DNA of 32,000 nt from Mycoplasma mycoides subsp. capri (GCF_018389705.1 NZ_CP065581.1:150001-182000); one strand, 5' to 3'. Shown: positions 11,354 through 22,948, counted from the stretch's first letter. The notes: a model not told the origin generated them from the sequence alone. Program-made: numbers and translations.

Positions 11354-14182
11354 ATGTTTTTATTTAAAAAGAGAAAGTTTTCTCCTAAAAAAATAACAAG
11401 ACACAAAAAAAAGACTCATTTTGCAAATGAAAGATTTATAAAACAAGTTAGTAATTTAGAACAAAACGAAGTATTAGAAATAATGCAATTACAACATTTT
11501 GGTTTAACTAATGAACAATATGAATCAAGATTAAAAAAATATGGTACTAATGAATTAAAAAAGAAAAGATTCAATTTAATAGCTGAATTTTTACACGCTT
11601 TTTTTGGACCATTTAATATTGTTTTATTACTAATTTCTTTATACAATTTTATTTCATATGCAACAAATGGGTTTTATCAAGATACAAATTCAAGTGATTC
11701 TAAATTTGAATTAGTTGGAGCATTAATTATTTTAGTAATGGTTTTAGCTAGTGGGTTAGCTTCATTTATTCAATCTTTACGTTCTCATTTAGTGACTAAA
11801 AAAATTAGTTCTATTGTTAAAAGTACTACTAATATCATTAGACATAAAAATGATGAAGATGTAGAAGATTATTTAAAAATTACTAAAAGAAATCAATTAG
11901 ATTTAATTAGACTTGGTGAAGAAATTGATGTTAAGCAATTAGTTCCAGGTGATTTAATCTATTTATCAAGTGGTGATATGTTACCAGCTGATGCTAGAAT
12001 CATTCAATCAACTGATTTATTTATTAATCAATCATCTTTAACTGGAGAATCAATACCAGTTGAAAAACATGCAAACAATAAAAAAAATACAAATAATATT
12101 TTAGATTTAGAAAATATTTGCTATACAGGAACTAGTGTTGTTTCTGGTAGTGCTTTAGCTGTAGTTTTAGCAACTGCAAATGACACTTACTTTTCAACTA
12201 TTAGTAAAGCCATTTTAGAAAAACGTCCTGATTCAAGTTTTACTAAAGGAATTAAACAAGTAACAAGAATGTTATTAATTTTTATGCTTGTAATGGTTCC
12301 AACTGTTTATTTAGCAAAATCAATTATTGGAACTATTTCAAGTGGTGGAAGTTTTGATAATATTAAAGACAATCCTTGATTTCAAGCAATCTTTTTTGCT
12401 GTAGCAGTTGCAGTTGGATTAACTCCTGAAATGTTACCAATGATAGTAACTACTAATTTAGCAAATGGAGCTTCTAAAATGTCAAAACAAAAAGTTGTTG
12501 TAAAACAATTAGAAGCAATTCAGTCACTTGGAGCTATTGATGTTTTATGTACTGATAAAACTGGTACATTAACAAATGATAAAATCGAACTTGTTGACTA
12601 TTTAAGAGTGGATAAAAAAGCAGATCCAACATTACTAAAATATTTATATATTAATAGTTATTATCAAACTGGGTTAAAAAATCCAATGGATAAAGCAATT
12701 GTTGATTATGTTAATAAACACAATCATAACTTTTCTATTCAAGATATTACTAAAATTGATGAAATACCTTTTGATTTTAATAGAAGAAAACTAACTATTA
12801 TTTTTGATGATGAAAACGAAAAACGTTTTATGGTTACAAAAGGTAGTGTTGAAGAAATTTTAAATTCTTGTACAAGAGTTATTCAAGATGATAAAGTTGT
12901 TAATTTAACTGATACTTTTAAAAGACAAATTATTGCTTATTATGAAACTATTAATCAGCAAGGTAAACGTCTATTAGGTGTTGCTTATAAAAAAATTAGA
13001 GATAATCAAGCTAAGTTTAGTCCAAAAGATGAAGAATCATTAATCTTTATGGGATTTGCATCATTTTTAGATACACCAAAGCCATCAACAAAACAAACTA
13101 TTAAGTTATTAAAAAAATATGGTGTTGATTTAAAAATTTTAACTGGAGATAGTGAACCTATAACTAGAGCTATTTGTAAAATGGTTAATTTAGATATCAA
13201 AGGTTTAGTAACTGGTGAAGAAATTGATGCTGCTAGTGAATATGAATTAAAAAAGATTGTTGAAGATAATAATATTTTTGTTAAGTTAAATCCGTTACAA
13301 AAAGTAAAAATTATTCAAGTTTTAAAACAAAATAATCACGTAGTTGGTTATATGGGAGATGGTATTAATGATGCTCCTGTGTTAAGACAATCTGATGTTG
13401 CTATTTCAGTTAATAATGCAACAGAAATTGCAAAAGATGCTAGTGATATTATTTTATTAGAAAAATCATTACTAGTTTTAGAAAAAGGAATTATCCAAGG
13501 AAGAACTATTTTTGGAAATATTTTAAAATATATTAAAATTACAACTGCTTCTAATTTTGGTAATGCTTTATCAGTTTTAATTGGAACAGTTTGATTGCCA
13601 TTTTCACCAATGGCACCAGCTCAAATTTTATTACAAAACTTAATTTATGACTTTTCACAATTTGGAGTAGCATTAGATAGAGTTGATTCTACATTTTTAA
13701 CTTCTCCACAACGATGGCAATCAAAAGATCTTTTACCATTTACAACAATTAATGGTTCGATAAGTACGATTTTTGATTTAATTACATTTGCAATTGCTGG
13801 TTATTATTTTGGCTTTATTACTAGTTATAATAGTGCAATAGCTCAAAATAATAGTTTATTAGCAGCTCAATCACTAGCTCAATTCCATGCTTGTTGATTT
13901 ATTATTGGATTATTATCTCAAACATTTGTTTTCCAAATATTGCGTACTGAACAACTACCAGTAATTCAATCTCGTTCAACTTGACCAGTTTATGTAATTG
14001 GAGCACTAGCTACAATAATGGCGTTTTCTATTGTTTATATAAGTCAAATTGGAACTTTAGTTCAACTGCAAAGTCCTGGTTTGATTTATATTCCAATTTC
14101 TATAGCTATTATATTTAGTTATTGTTTAATAGCTCAATTAGCTAAAGTAGGTTATAAAAAAGTCTTTAAAAAATGATTATAA
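11354..14182 (+). CDS. mgtA: Magnesium-transporting P-type ATPase (MgtA-like)
   Basis: VGLTPEMLPMIVTTNLANGA (P3B/Mg type), DVLCTDKTGTLTND phosphorylation site, TGDSEP, GYMGDGINDAPVLRQSDVAISV hinge. Track ORFs 11354..12379, 12431..13594 and 13595..13897 plus the tail are one 942-aa code-4 ORF. Confidence 0.93.
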
Positions 14183-14205
14183 AATAAGATATATAATTTT
14201 ACTAC

Positions 14206-14250
14206 AAAAGTTCAAATACAAAATTTGTGTTTGAACTTTTTCTTTTTATT
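14206..14250 (+). terminator. Terminator after the mgtA-like gene
   Basis: AAAAGTTCAAATACAAA/TTTGTGTTTGAACTTTT long near-perfect stem followed by a T-rich tract. Confidence 0.85.
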
Positions 14251-14357
14251 AAAAATATTTTTACAAATTAATTTTAAAAACCATAATTTTGATAAATTTG
14301 TCAAAAATTCTTTAAATGCTTTAAAGAGAGATAATTATTATACAAGGAGATGATAAC

Positions 14358-14402
14358 ATGTACACTTTTGCATTTATTTCTTTAAGTAGTTTATATAATT
14401 AA
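14358..14402 (+). CDS. Candidate 14-aa leader peptide at the head of the arc cluster
   Basis: Strong SD AAGGAG (14344-14349), then ATG: MYTFAFISLSSLYN, TAA, ending about 40 nt before the OTC start. Confidence 0.3.
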   Translation: MYTFAFISLSSLYN

Positions 14403-14442
14403 TTTCATATTTAAATAGAATAATAGAAAATGAGTGATTTAT

Positions 14443-15438
14443 ATGGCTTTAAATTTAAAAGGTAGAAGTTTTTTAAAATTATTAGATTTTTGTCCAAGAG
14501 AAATTAGATACTTATTAGATTTATCTAGAGATTTAAAAAGAGCAAAATATACTGGTAATGAAATTCAAACAATGCAAGGAAAAAATGTTGTTTTATTATT
14601 TCAAAAAGATTCAACTAGAACAAGATGTGCATTTGAAGTAGCTGCTTTAGATCAAGGAGCTCACGTTACTTATTTAGGACCATCTGGATCACAATTTGGT
14701 AAAAAAGAATCAGTAGCAGATACTGCTAGAGTTTTAGGCAGAATGTATGATGCTATTGAATTTAGAGGATATGATCAAGCTGTTGTTGAAGAGTTAGCAA
14801 AATATTCAGGAGTTCCAGTTTATAATGGATTAACTAATGAGTTTCACCCAACTCAAATTCTTGCTGACTTTTTAACAGTTGAAGAATACAAAGGAAATCT
14901 AAAAGGTTTAAAATTTGTTTTTGCTGGAGATACTAGAAACAATGTTGCAACTTCATTAATGATAGGTTGTGCAAAAATGGGAATGCATTTTGTTGGTGCT
15001 GCTCCAAAACAATTATGACCAAGTCAAGATTTAATCGATCAATCTAAAGAAATTGCAAAAGAAACTAATGCTATTATTTCATTTACTGAAGATATGAAAC
15101 AAGCATGCAGTGATGCTGATGTAATTTATACTGATGTTTGAGTTTCAATGGGAGAACCAGCTGAAGTATGAGAATCACGTATTAATCTATTAAAACCATA
15201 TCAAGTTAATATGGATGCAATAAAAGTTGCTAAACCTGATGTAATCTTTATGCATTGTTTACCATCATTTCACGATTTAAATACTGAAATCGGAAGACAA
15301 ATTTATGAAAAATTTAACATTCCTGAAATGGAAGTAACAAACGAAGTATTTGAATCTAAACATTCAGTTGTTTTTGAACAAGCTGAAAACAGACTTCACA
15401 CAATTAAAGCTGTTATGGTAGCTACAATTGGTAAATAA
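14443..15438 (+). CDS. arcB: Ornithine carbamoyltransferase
   Basis: [97 protein letters not shown]. 331 aa across TGA. Confidence 0.97.
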
Positions 15439-15447
15439 TTCTAATTT

Positions 15448-16980
15448 ATGATAGTAAGTGAAGAAAAACTCATAAATAAACAGAACAAAATTGCTAAGAA
15501 AAAACATAAAGTTGAGATGATTTCAGCTTTTTCCATTCTATTTCTAATTATTGCAACTCTAATAATACTTTCATGAATATTTAAATGAACAAATACTACT
15601 GTTAAAATAGGACAAAATCAAGAAAAAATAATTGCACTAGGATTTTTTGATCTATTTAAAGCTCCATTAAAAGGTTTTGTTCAAAGAGCACAAATTATAG
15701 TTTTTGTTTTAACTATGGGAGCTTATATTAATGTTATTGTTGCTTCTAAAGCTTTAGAAGGTTTTTCTCAAACTATTGTTAGAAAAATGAAAGGAAAAGA
15801 AATCTGATCACTTATTCCGTTGATGATTTTCTTTTCTATTTGTGGAACAACAGTAGGATTAGCTGAAGAAGTAATAGCATTTCAAATGATTTGTATTCCT
15901 TTAATGGTAGCTGCAGGATTTGATAAATTTACTGGACTAATAGCAGTGCTAATTGGAACTGGAGTTGGTGTTTTAACATCAACTGTTAATCCGTTTGCTA
16001 TTGGAATAGCTGTAACTAATTTAAATAAAGGATTAGATAAACAGATTACAAGTGTATCTGATGGCTTAGTTTGACGTATAATTTGTTGAATAATTCTAAC
16101 TGCTCTTTCAATAGTTTTAGTAATGTTATATGCTAAGAAAGTAAAAAAAGATCAAACAAAATCAGTAGTATTTAAAACTTTAACAGAAGATAAAGAATTT
16201 TATTTATCTAATTCAGCTGAAAAAATAGTAATGGATTGAAAAAAGAAAACTAATTTAATAGTCTTTTTGATATCACTTATATTAATGGTTGTTTATTTAA
16301 TAGGTTGAGATGATATTTTTCATACAACACATTCAGCTGATTTTGCAAGATGAATAAGAAATAATATACCTTATCTAACAGGAACAGATAAAGGATTTGG
16401 TAATGGTTCAGTTGATTCAGTAGCTGCTATATTTTTAATCACAGCAATAATTATGGGTATTATTAATGGATCTAGTGAAAAACAATTTTTAAAAGATTTT
16501 ATTAATGGTGCTTCTAGATTGTTAAATGTATGTTTAATTATTGCGGTTGCTGCTGGTATAGGATGAATTTTAAAAGAAAGTCATATGCAAGAATTATTTG
16601 TCGAATCTCTTTCTAATTCTTTAGGTTCACTTAAATCTCCTATTTTAATTCTTTTAATAATGTTTATTTTCTTTATACCATTATCATTTTTAATACCATC
16701 AACTTCAGGATTTGCAACTGCTGTATTTCCTTTATTAGGTGGAGTAGTTATTAAAAATACAGATATACTAGCTTCTGGATCTATTACAGCATTCTCATTT
16801 GCTTCTGGATTAGTTAATTTAATAACTCCAACATCAGGTATTGTTATGGGTTCAATAGCAGTTGCTAGAATGGATTATGCTAAATTTATAAAATCAATGG
16901 CACCTTATATGTTGATTCTTACAACTAGTTCTTTAACTTTATTACTAATTGGAGCATCCATTGGAAAAACAATTGCTTAA
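15448..16980 (+). CDS. arcD: YfcC/ArcD-like basic amino acid carrier (probable arginine/ornithine antiporter)
   Basis: 510-aa polytopic membrane protein: PLKGFVQRAQIIVFVLTMGAYINVIVASKALEG, FFSICGTTVGLAEEVIAFQMI, PSTSGFATAVFPLLGGVV, NLITPTSGIVMGSIAVARMDYAKFIK. It lies between arcB and arcC. Confidence 0.8.
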
Positions 16981-16992
16981 GAAAGGGAAAAT

Positions 16993-17925
16993 ATGTCAAA
17001 AATCGTAATTGCAATTGGTGGAAATGCTTTAGGTAATTCACCAACTGAGCAATTAGAAATTGTTAAAAAAACAGCAAAATCTTTAGTAGATTTTATTGTT
17101 CAAGGTAATGATATTGTAATTGTTCATGGTAATGGTCCTCAAGTTGGAATGATTAATAATGCTTTTGATATTGCAAATAAAAATGAAGTTAAATCTCCTA
17201 TTTTAGACTTTCCTGAATGTGGGTCTATGAGTCAAGGATATATTGGATATCATCTACAACAAGCAATAGATAATGAATTAAAACTAAGAAATATTAATAA
17301 GCCAACAGTTAGTTTAATTACTCAAACTTTAGTTGATAAAAATGATGCAGCATTTTTAAAACCAACTAAACCAATTGGATCATTTATGAATGAAAGTGAA
17401 GCAAAAAAACTAGCTGAACAAAATAACTGAAATATTTCTGAAGATGCAGGACGTGGTTGTAGAAGAGTCATTGCTTCACCAAAACCAATTGATATTATTG
17501 AAAAAGATGCAATATTACAATTAGTTAATAATTCATTTATTGTGATTGCTGGAGGTGGTGGTGGAATTCCTGTTTATTTAAAAGATGATAAACTAGTAGG
17601 AATTGCTGCTGTTATTGATAAAGATTTTGCAGCAGCTAAAATTGCTGAAATAATTGGTGCAGAAAGCTTAATTATTTTAACTGCAATTGATAAAGTAATG
17701 ATTAACTATAAAAAAGAAAATCAACAAGCTTTAGATCAAATAACTTTAGCTCAAGCTCAAGAATATATTGATCAAAACCAATTTGCACCAGGTTCAATGC
17801 TTCCAAAAGTACAAGCTGTTATGTCATTTGTTAAAAAAACTAATGGTAAACCAGCTTATATTGGTTCACTAGAACAAGCTGATAAAGTTTTACAAAACCT
17901 AAATGGAACTAAATTTATTAAATAA
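16993..17925 (+). CDS. arcC: Carbamate kinase
   Basis: MSKIVIAIGGNALGNSPTEQLEIVKKTAKSLVDFI, VIVHGNGPQVG, VIAGGGGGIPVY, EAQEYIDQNQFAPGSMLPKVQAV. 310 aa across TGA. Confidence 0.97.
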
Positions 17926-17930
17926 TAAAA

Positions 17931-17951
17931 AAAGTAGTTATTAACTACTTT
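17931..17951 (-). terminator. Terminator for the reverse-strand ROK kinase gene
   Basis: Near-palindrome AAAGTAGTTA/TTAACTACTTT. Read on the minus strand it is followed by TTTTTTATT. Confidence 0.65.
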
Positions 17952-17953
17952 AT

Positions 17954-17986
17954 AAGTTCAAATGTTAAAAGCATTTGAACTTTTTT
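17954..17986 (+). terminator. Terminator for the arc cluster
   Basis: AAGTTCAAATG-ttaaaag-CATTTGAACTT followed by TTTTTT. Confidence 0.85.
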
Positions 17987-17992
17987 ATTATA

Positions 17993-18955
17993 TTAATTTG
18001 TTTTTAGTGATTGTTCTAGTGCATAAAAAGCAGCACCAATCATACCAGCATCATTTTTTAATAAAGCTAGTTTAAAATCAACTATATCTTTATAAGAATC
18101 TGTTAATTTATTTTTAACTCCTAATTGAAATAATTCTAATAAATTATTTCCAGCTAATGAACCACCACCAATAACAACAACTTCAGGATCTAAAGCGTGT
18201 ATTAGTAATGACATATGGTTAAACAATTCATCATAAACTTCTAATAAACTGTTTTTTAATTCTATTGGCTTGTTTAAATTATTATAGATTTCAAATAAAA
18301 GTTTCATATCTAAATTTTTAATATTTAAAAAATGCTTATTATAAAATTCCAAATATTTATTCTTTAAAATTGTTAAAAGTGAATTTGGTATAGTTGTTGC
18401 TGAACATACTTTTTCAATACAATTATTTAAACCACAATTACATTTTAAAATGTGATTATTACTTCCACCATGTCCAAATTCTCCAGCAAATCCATGCGAT
18501 CCAGAAATTAGTTTTCCATCACAAATAATTGCTCCACCAATTCCAGTTCCTAATCAATAAAATAATCCTGATTTATAAACTAATCCTGAACCTTTTCTAT
18601 ATTCACCAAGTGCAGCAGCATTAACATCATTAATAACATAAACAGGTTTTTTAAATAGAAATTCAGCTTCGGTTTTTAAATCATAATTAAATCATCCATT
18701 TTCAATATTTGGAGCCATAACTACAATTCCTTTATTATGATCAACAAACCCAGGAGCTGTAATTCCAACTAACATAATGTCATTTTCATCAATATTTAAA
18801 GTTTTTAAAATTTTTGAAATTTCAAAATATAAGTTTTCTATAATTTTAGTTTTTGGATTAGTTATAGAAAAACTATGTTCTAAATCTCCGTTTTGTAAAA
18901 TTACTCCAACTTTTGCTGAAGTCCCACCAAGATCTATTCCTAATATTTTTTTCAT
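17993..18955 (-). CDS. ROK family protein, probable glucokinase
   Basis: MKKILGIDLGGTSAKVGVILQNGDLEHSF, LVGITAPGFVDHNKGIV, DPEVVVIGGGSLAGNNL. Track ORFs 17993..18352 and 18692..18955 are in one code-4 frame, 320 aa. Confidence 0.88.
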
Positions 18956-19050
18956 CTTTTTCCTTAATCATTAAATTTCACTTATTCTAATTATCACATT
19001 AAAATTTTTTTAATTTTTATATTAGAATAAAACTAGTAAAAATTAAAAAA

Positions 19051-20178
19051 TTAAGCTAAATTGTTTAATCTTAAATCTTGATATAAAGCATCAAAAAACT
19101 CAGTTTCAACTAGTTTGTTATGTCCGGGATGTGATGATAACATTATTGTCATTGTGATTTTGTTTTTAGTATCAACTAAACCAGATGACCCTAATAATCC
19201 ATCTCAACCATATTCACCAACTTCAGTTAGTGGATATAATTGATTTTTAATTCTAACTCTTCCACCAAAACCATAACTATAATCTTCATTTAAATTTCAA
19301 TTAAAAAACTGTTTTAAATTGTTTTTTGTAAGTTGATCTGATTTCATTTGATTTAATAAATCTAAAGAAATTAATTCATCACCATTTTCTAATTTTCCAT
19401 CAATTAAAACATTTAAAAATTTTAAATAGTCATCAGCTGTTGTAAATAACCCACTACCACCTAAATTACATACTGGTAATTTATCAATTGATTGAAATAA
19501 AAAATCAAAATTTTCTACTTGATCTAAATGATTTTGATCATCTTTATAAGTTCATCTAAAAACATTTGCTTTTCTATTTTTATCAAATAAATAATAATCA
19601 GAATCATTCATATTTAATTTGTTAAAAATTTCTTCTTTTACAAAGTCTCTATATGATTTATTTGAAACTACTTCTATTACTCTACTTAACACATCTAAAC
19701 TTAGTCCATAATATCAATTAGTTGAAGGAACAAATAATAAATCAACCTTACTTAATTCATCACATAATTGCTTTAAAGTATAATTATTAATTTTTCAATC
19801 ATCTAATACTTTTTTAATTTGAAGTTGAGTATTTGTTTTATTACCACTATAAGTCAAACCAGAAGTCATAGTTAATAAGTTTCAGATTTTGATGTTTTTA
19901 TTTTTAAATGAAGGAATGTATTTAGATAAATCGTCATCTAAACTAATTAATTTTTTATCTATTAAAAGTAAAGCTGCTAGTGTAGTTATTGGTTTTGTCA
20001 TTGAATAAGCTTGATAAATTTCATCACCCTTTAATAAGATAGTATTATTTTGGTCATTATATCCAAATTGTTTAGAATAAATAATCTTTTTATCTTTAGC
20101 AATTCTAATAGCTGCATTTTTAAAATATTTTTTATCTATAAAAGAGTTAATTGTTTTTTCGATGTTAACAAATTCCAT
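19051..20178 (-). CDS. Beta-lactamase/PBP-like serine hydrolase
   Basis: MEFVNIEKTINSFIDKKYFKNAAIRIAKDKKIIYSKQFGYNDQNNTILLKGDEIYQAYSMTKPITTLAALLLIDKKLISLDDDLSKYIPSF. The SMTK (SxxK) active-site motif is followed by the Y-x-N-like Tyr region downstream. 375 aa across TGA. Confidence 0.82.
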
Positions 20179-20225
20179 TATTTTTTTACCTCTTTTTAAT
20201 TTTAAAATAAATTTTAAAATCACTA

Positions 20226-20260
20226 TAAAAAAAATACTCAATAGATAAATTGAGTACTTT
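20226..20260 (-). terminator. Terminator after ptsG
   Basis: Minus strand AAAGTACTCAAT-TTATCT-ATTGAGTA followed by TTTTTTTT. Confidence 0.8.
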
Positions 20261-20272
20261 AATTAAAAATTA

Positions 20273-20490
20273 TTATTTTGTTGTTTTAGTTTTAGAACTA
20301 GTTGATTTAGCTTTAGTTGTTTTTGGTTTAGAAGATGTTGATTTAGTTTTAGAACTAGTTGACTTAGTTGATTTTGAACTTGATTTAGAAGTAGATTTTG
20401 TAGATTTTGAAGCTGATGATTTAGCTTTAGTTGATTTTGCTCTAGTTGCTTTTGGTTTTTCAACTTTCATTTCATCAGCTACTTTTTCTT
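20273..20490 (-). repeat. Low-complexity K/S/T-rich repeat tract in the 3' end of ptsG
   Basis: Encodes ...[59 protein letters not shown]. The 21-nt TTTAGTTTTAGAACTAGTTGA is exactly repeated at 20285-20305 and 20342-20362 (57 nt apart, in frame). Confidence 0.85.
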
Positions 20491-22540
20491 CAACTTTCAT
20501 TTCACTTACAGGTTGTTCTTCAACTTTATTTGGTTCTTCACACATGCAATCTTTTTCACAACCACAAGCTTCATCTTTTTTATCACAAGCTTGATCTGAT
20601 TCACAAGTCATACCCATGTTTTCTGATTTCATTTCTTCAGATTTCATTTCTAAATGACCCATCATTTTTTCTTGTCTTTGTTGTTCCAAAAGTTTTTGCA
20701 TTCTTGGTTTAATAGCTTCTTGTTCTCCACCATAAACAATTTGAATGTTATTTCCTTTTACTAAAGCTCCAGTTGTTCCACCTAAAGATTTAATTCCATC
20801 AATATCAGCTTTTTTAGCATCAACAACAGTTAATCTTAATCTTGAAGCACAAGAATCAACATCAACAATGTTTTCTTCTCCACCTAGATATTCAATAATA
20901 GCTGCAGCTTTTGCTAATCTAGCTTGTTCTTTATCATCTGTTGATGAACTCATTTTTGAACCATCAACATTTAATCCTTTAGAAGCTTTGAAATCTGCTT
21001 TAGTGTATAATTTAGCTTCAGCATTTCCATCTCTACCTGGTGTTTTAACATTAAATAATTTGATTAAGAAGTAGAATGCACAGAAGTAAATTGGTGCTAA
21101 TACAACAGCAACTCCTAATACTCCAAATGCTGATGTAGCACTCATAGCTTTTGAACCAAAGTATGGAATTACTGCAAAGATAATATAATCAATAAATCCA
21201 CCACTAACTGTTTGAGTAACATGAGTTTGTAATGCTCCAGTTGCTCAGAAAGCAAGTGAAGCTAATGGCATATGAACACCATAGAATAATCATGGAGCAA
21301 CAAATAAGAATGTATATTCAATAGGTTCTGTAATACCTGTTAAGAAACAAGTAAACGCAGCTGAGAAATAAATCCCAAATACTTGTTTTCTATTTTCTTT
21401 TGGTGCTGCTAGTCACATAGCTAATGCTGCAGCAGGTAAACCTAATAACATAAATCCGAATTTACCAGATTGGAATCTACCAATATTTAGTCCTAGGTTT
21501 TGTGCATCAATAAAGTTTAATGTTTTTAAGTTAGCTAGGATTTGTTGAGCCATAAATTGGTCACCTTGTGCACTATATAAAGAATCAACGGCTTTAATAG
21601 CATTGTAAATTTCACTAAATGATGAGTGTGAAGTGCCGTGGATAGCATTGTATGATTCTTTAAATGCATTTTGTGCTTGTTCACCAGCACTATTCATTTT
21701 ATCTAATGCGTCAGCGATTGACCCTCCAGCACTAGTTCATCATAATGGAGCATAAAACACGTGGTGTAGTCCAAATGGAACTAATGAACGCTCAACAACT
21801 TCAAACATTAATGAATCTGTTCCATAAGGTAAAGTTCCTGAATTTTCACCAATTCATGAAAATCCAATACCAATAACTGGTCATGCCATTGCAAAAATTA
21901 AAGCTAAAGGAGCAACCACAGCAAAAGAAACAATAGGTACAAATTTAGTACCACTAAAGAAACTAATTGCTGAAGGTAGTTGAACAGCATGGAACTTGTT
22001 ATATATTTTTGCTGATATTGCACCAACAAATATACCAGCAAGAACCCCTGTATTTAATGATCTAATTCCTAAGTTATTTGTAATTAATTTTTCAGGAACT
22101 GATCAATTACCATAATATCATAGTAAATGAATGTGAGTTACAGTTTCTTTTTTACCATTAACCATTACTTCAGTAGTAACATCGTGAAGTAATGCTGATT
22201 GAATTCCATTTAATACTAAAAATCCAACCAAAGCAGTAATTGCTGCAACTCCTGAATCTTTAGTATATGCTAAAGCTACAGAAATACAGAATAATACAGG
22301 TAAGTTAGCAAAACAAACATCCCCCATTGTTTTCATAACACTACCAACATATCAAAAACCTGATGTATTTGACACATTAGCAGTGATTGTAGCTCCAACT
22401 CCTAAAAACACACCAGCAATCGGTAATAAAGCAATAGGTAATAAGAATGCTTTACTTAGTTTAGATAAAGTAGGCATAATATTAGCACCAAATGCCTTTA
22501 ATTTATCTTTAAAACTACTCTTGTTTGTCTGTGTTAACAT
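20273..22540 (-). CDS. ptsG: PTS glucose-type EIICB component with extended Cys-rich and K/S/T-rich C-terminal tail
   Basis: [50 protein letters not shown] (IIC N-terminus) and IIB domain [61 protein letters not shown]. 755 aa once TGA is read as Trp. Confidence 0.93.
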
Positions 22541-22590
22541 GAGTATGTTAAATCCTTTCTATAAAAAAGATGTTAATTAGTTTTGTGTTA

Positions 22591-22842
22591 TTATTTTGTT
22601 ATTAGTGTTATAATTGCTGTTATTATAAATAAAAATCCAATAGTTAATACTAGTAAGTAAAAGTTTTTTTTAACAAATTCTCAAGCATTTTTTGATTCTC
22701 TGTTTTGGTTTTCAAAACCATAGCGGTTTTTGTTTTTTTGTTTTCAAAATAAAAACAAACCTAATAAGATAAATAAAATCCCAAATCCTAAAACCCCTAA
22801 ATTAACTATTAATTCAGTTTTAACTACTAACATTAATAACAT
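22591..22842 (-). CDS. Small two-TM membrane protein, function unknown
   Basis: Code-4 ORF absent from the track: MLLMLVVKTELIVNLGVLGFGILFILLGLFLFWKQKNKNRYGFENQNRESKNAWEFVKKNFYLLVLTIGFLFIITAIITLITK, with SD AGAGG upstream. Confidence 0.7.
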
Positions 22843-22879
22843 AAAAATATTTGTACACCTCTTTATAATAGTATATTAA

Positions 22880-22948
22880 AAAAAAGAAGTTTAATTTGCA
22901 TAAATTAAAATTTTGGAATTTAATGCAATTATTGACTTCTTTTTTTAT
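22880..22948 (-). terminator. Strong hairpin downstream of the secG-rnr-smpB gene group
   Basis: AGAAGT...TTGCATtAAATT...AATTTaTGCAA...ACTTCT flanked by T runs on both strands, so possibly bidirectional. Confidence 0.65.

Noticed and set aside
11354-14182. Apparent fragmentation of the P-type ATPase (and atpA, atpB, atpG, arcB, rnr, nrdE and others) into pseudogene-like pieces
   Set aside because: Every break is an in-frame TGA at a Trp position. With code 4 the frames are continuous and complete, so there is no evidence of decay.
20250-20712. Plus-strand (20250..20594, 20446..20712) and minus-strand (20263..20463) ORFs in the ptsG tail region
   Set aside because: Alternative-frame readings of the repetitive K/S/T tail coding sequence, with no plausible start context.
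20745-21074. Plus-strand ORF of 109 aa antisense to the ptsG IIB domain
   Set aside because: Fully covered by the well-supported ptsG reading frame. No SD or family match.
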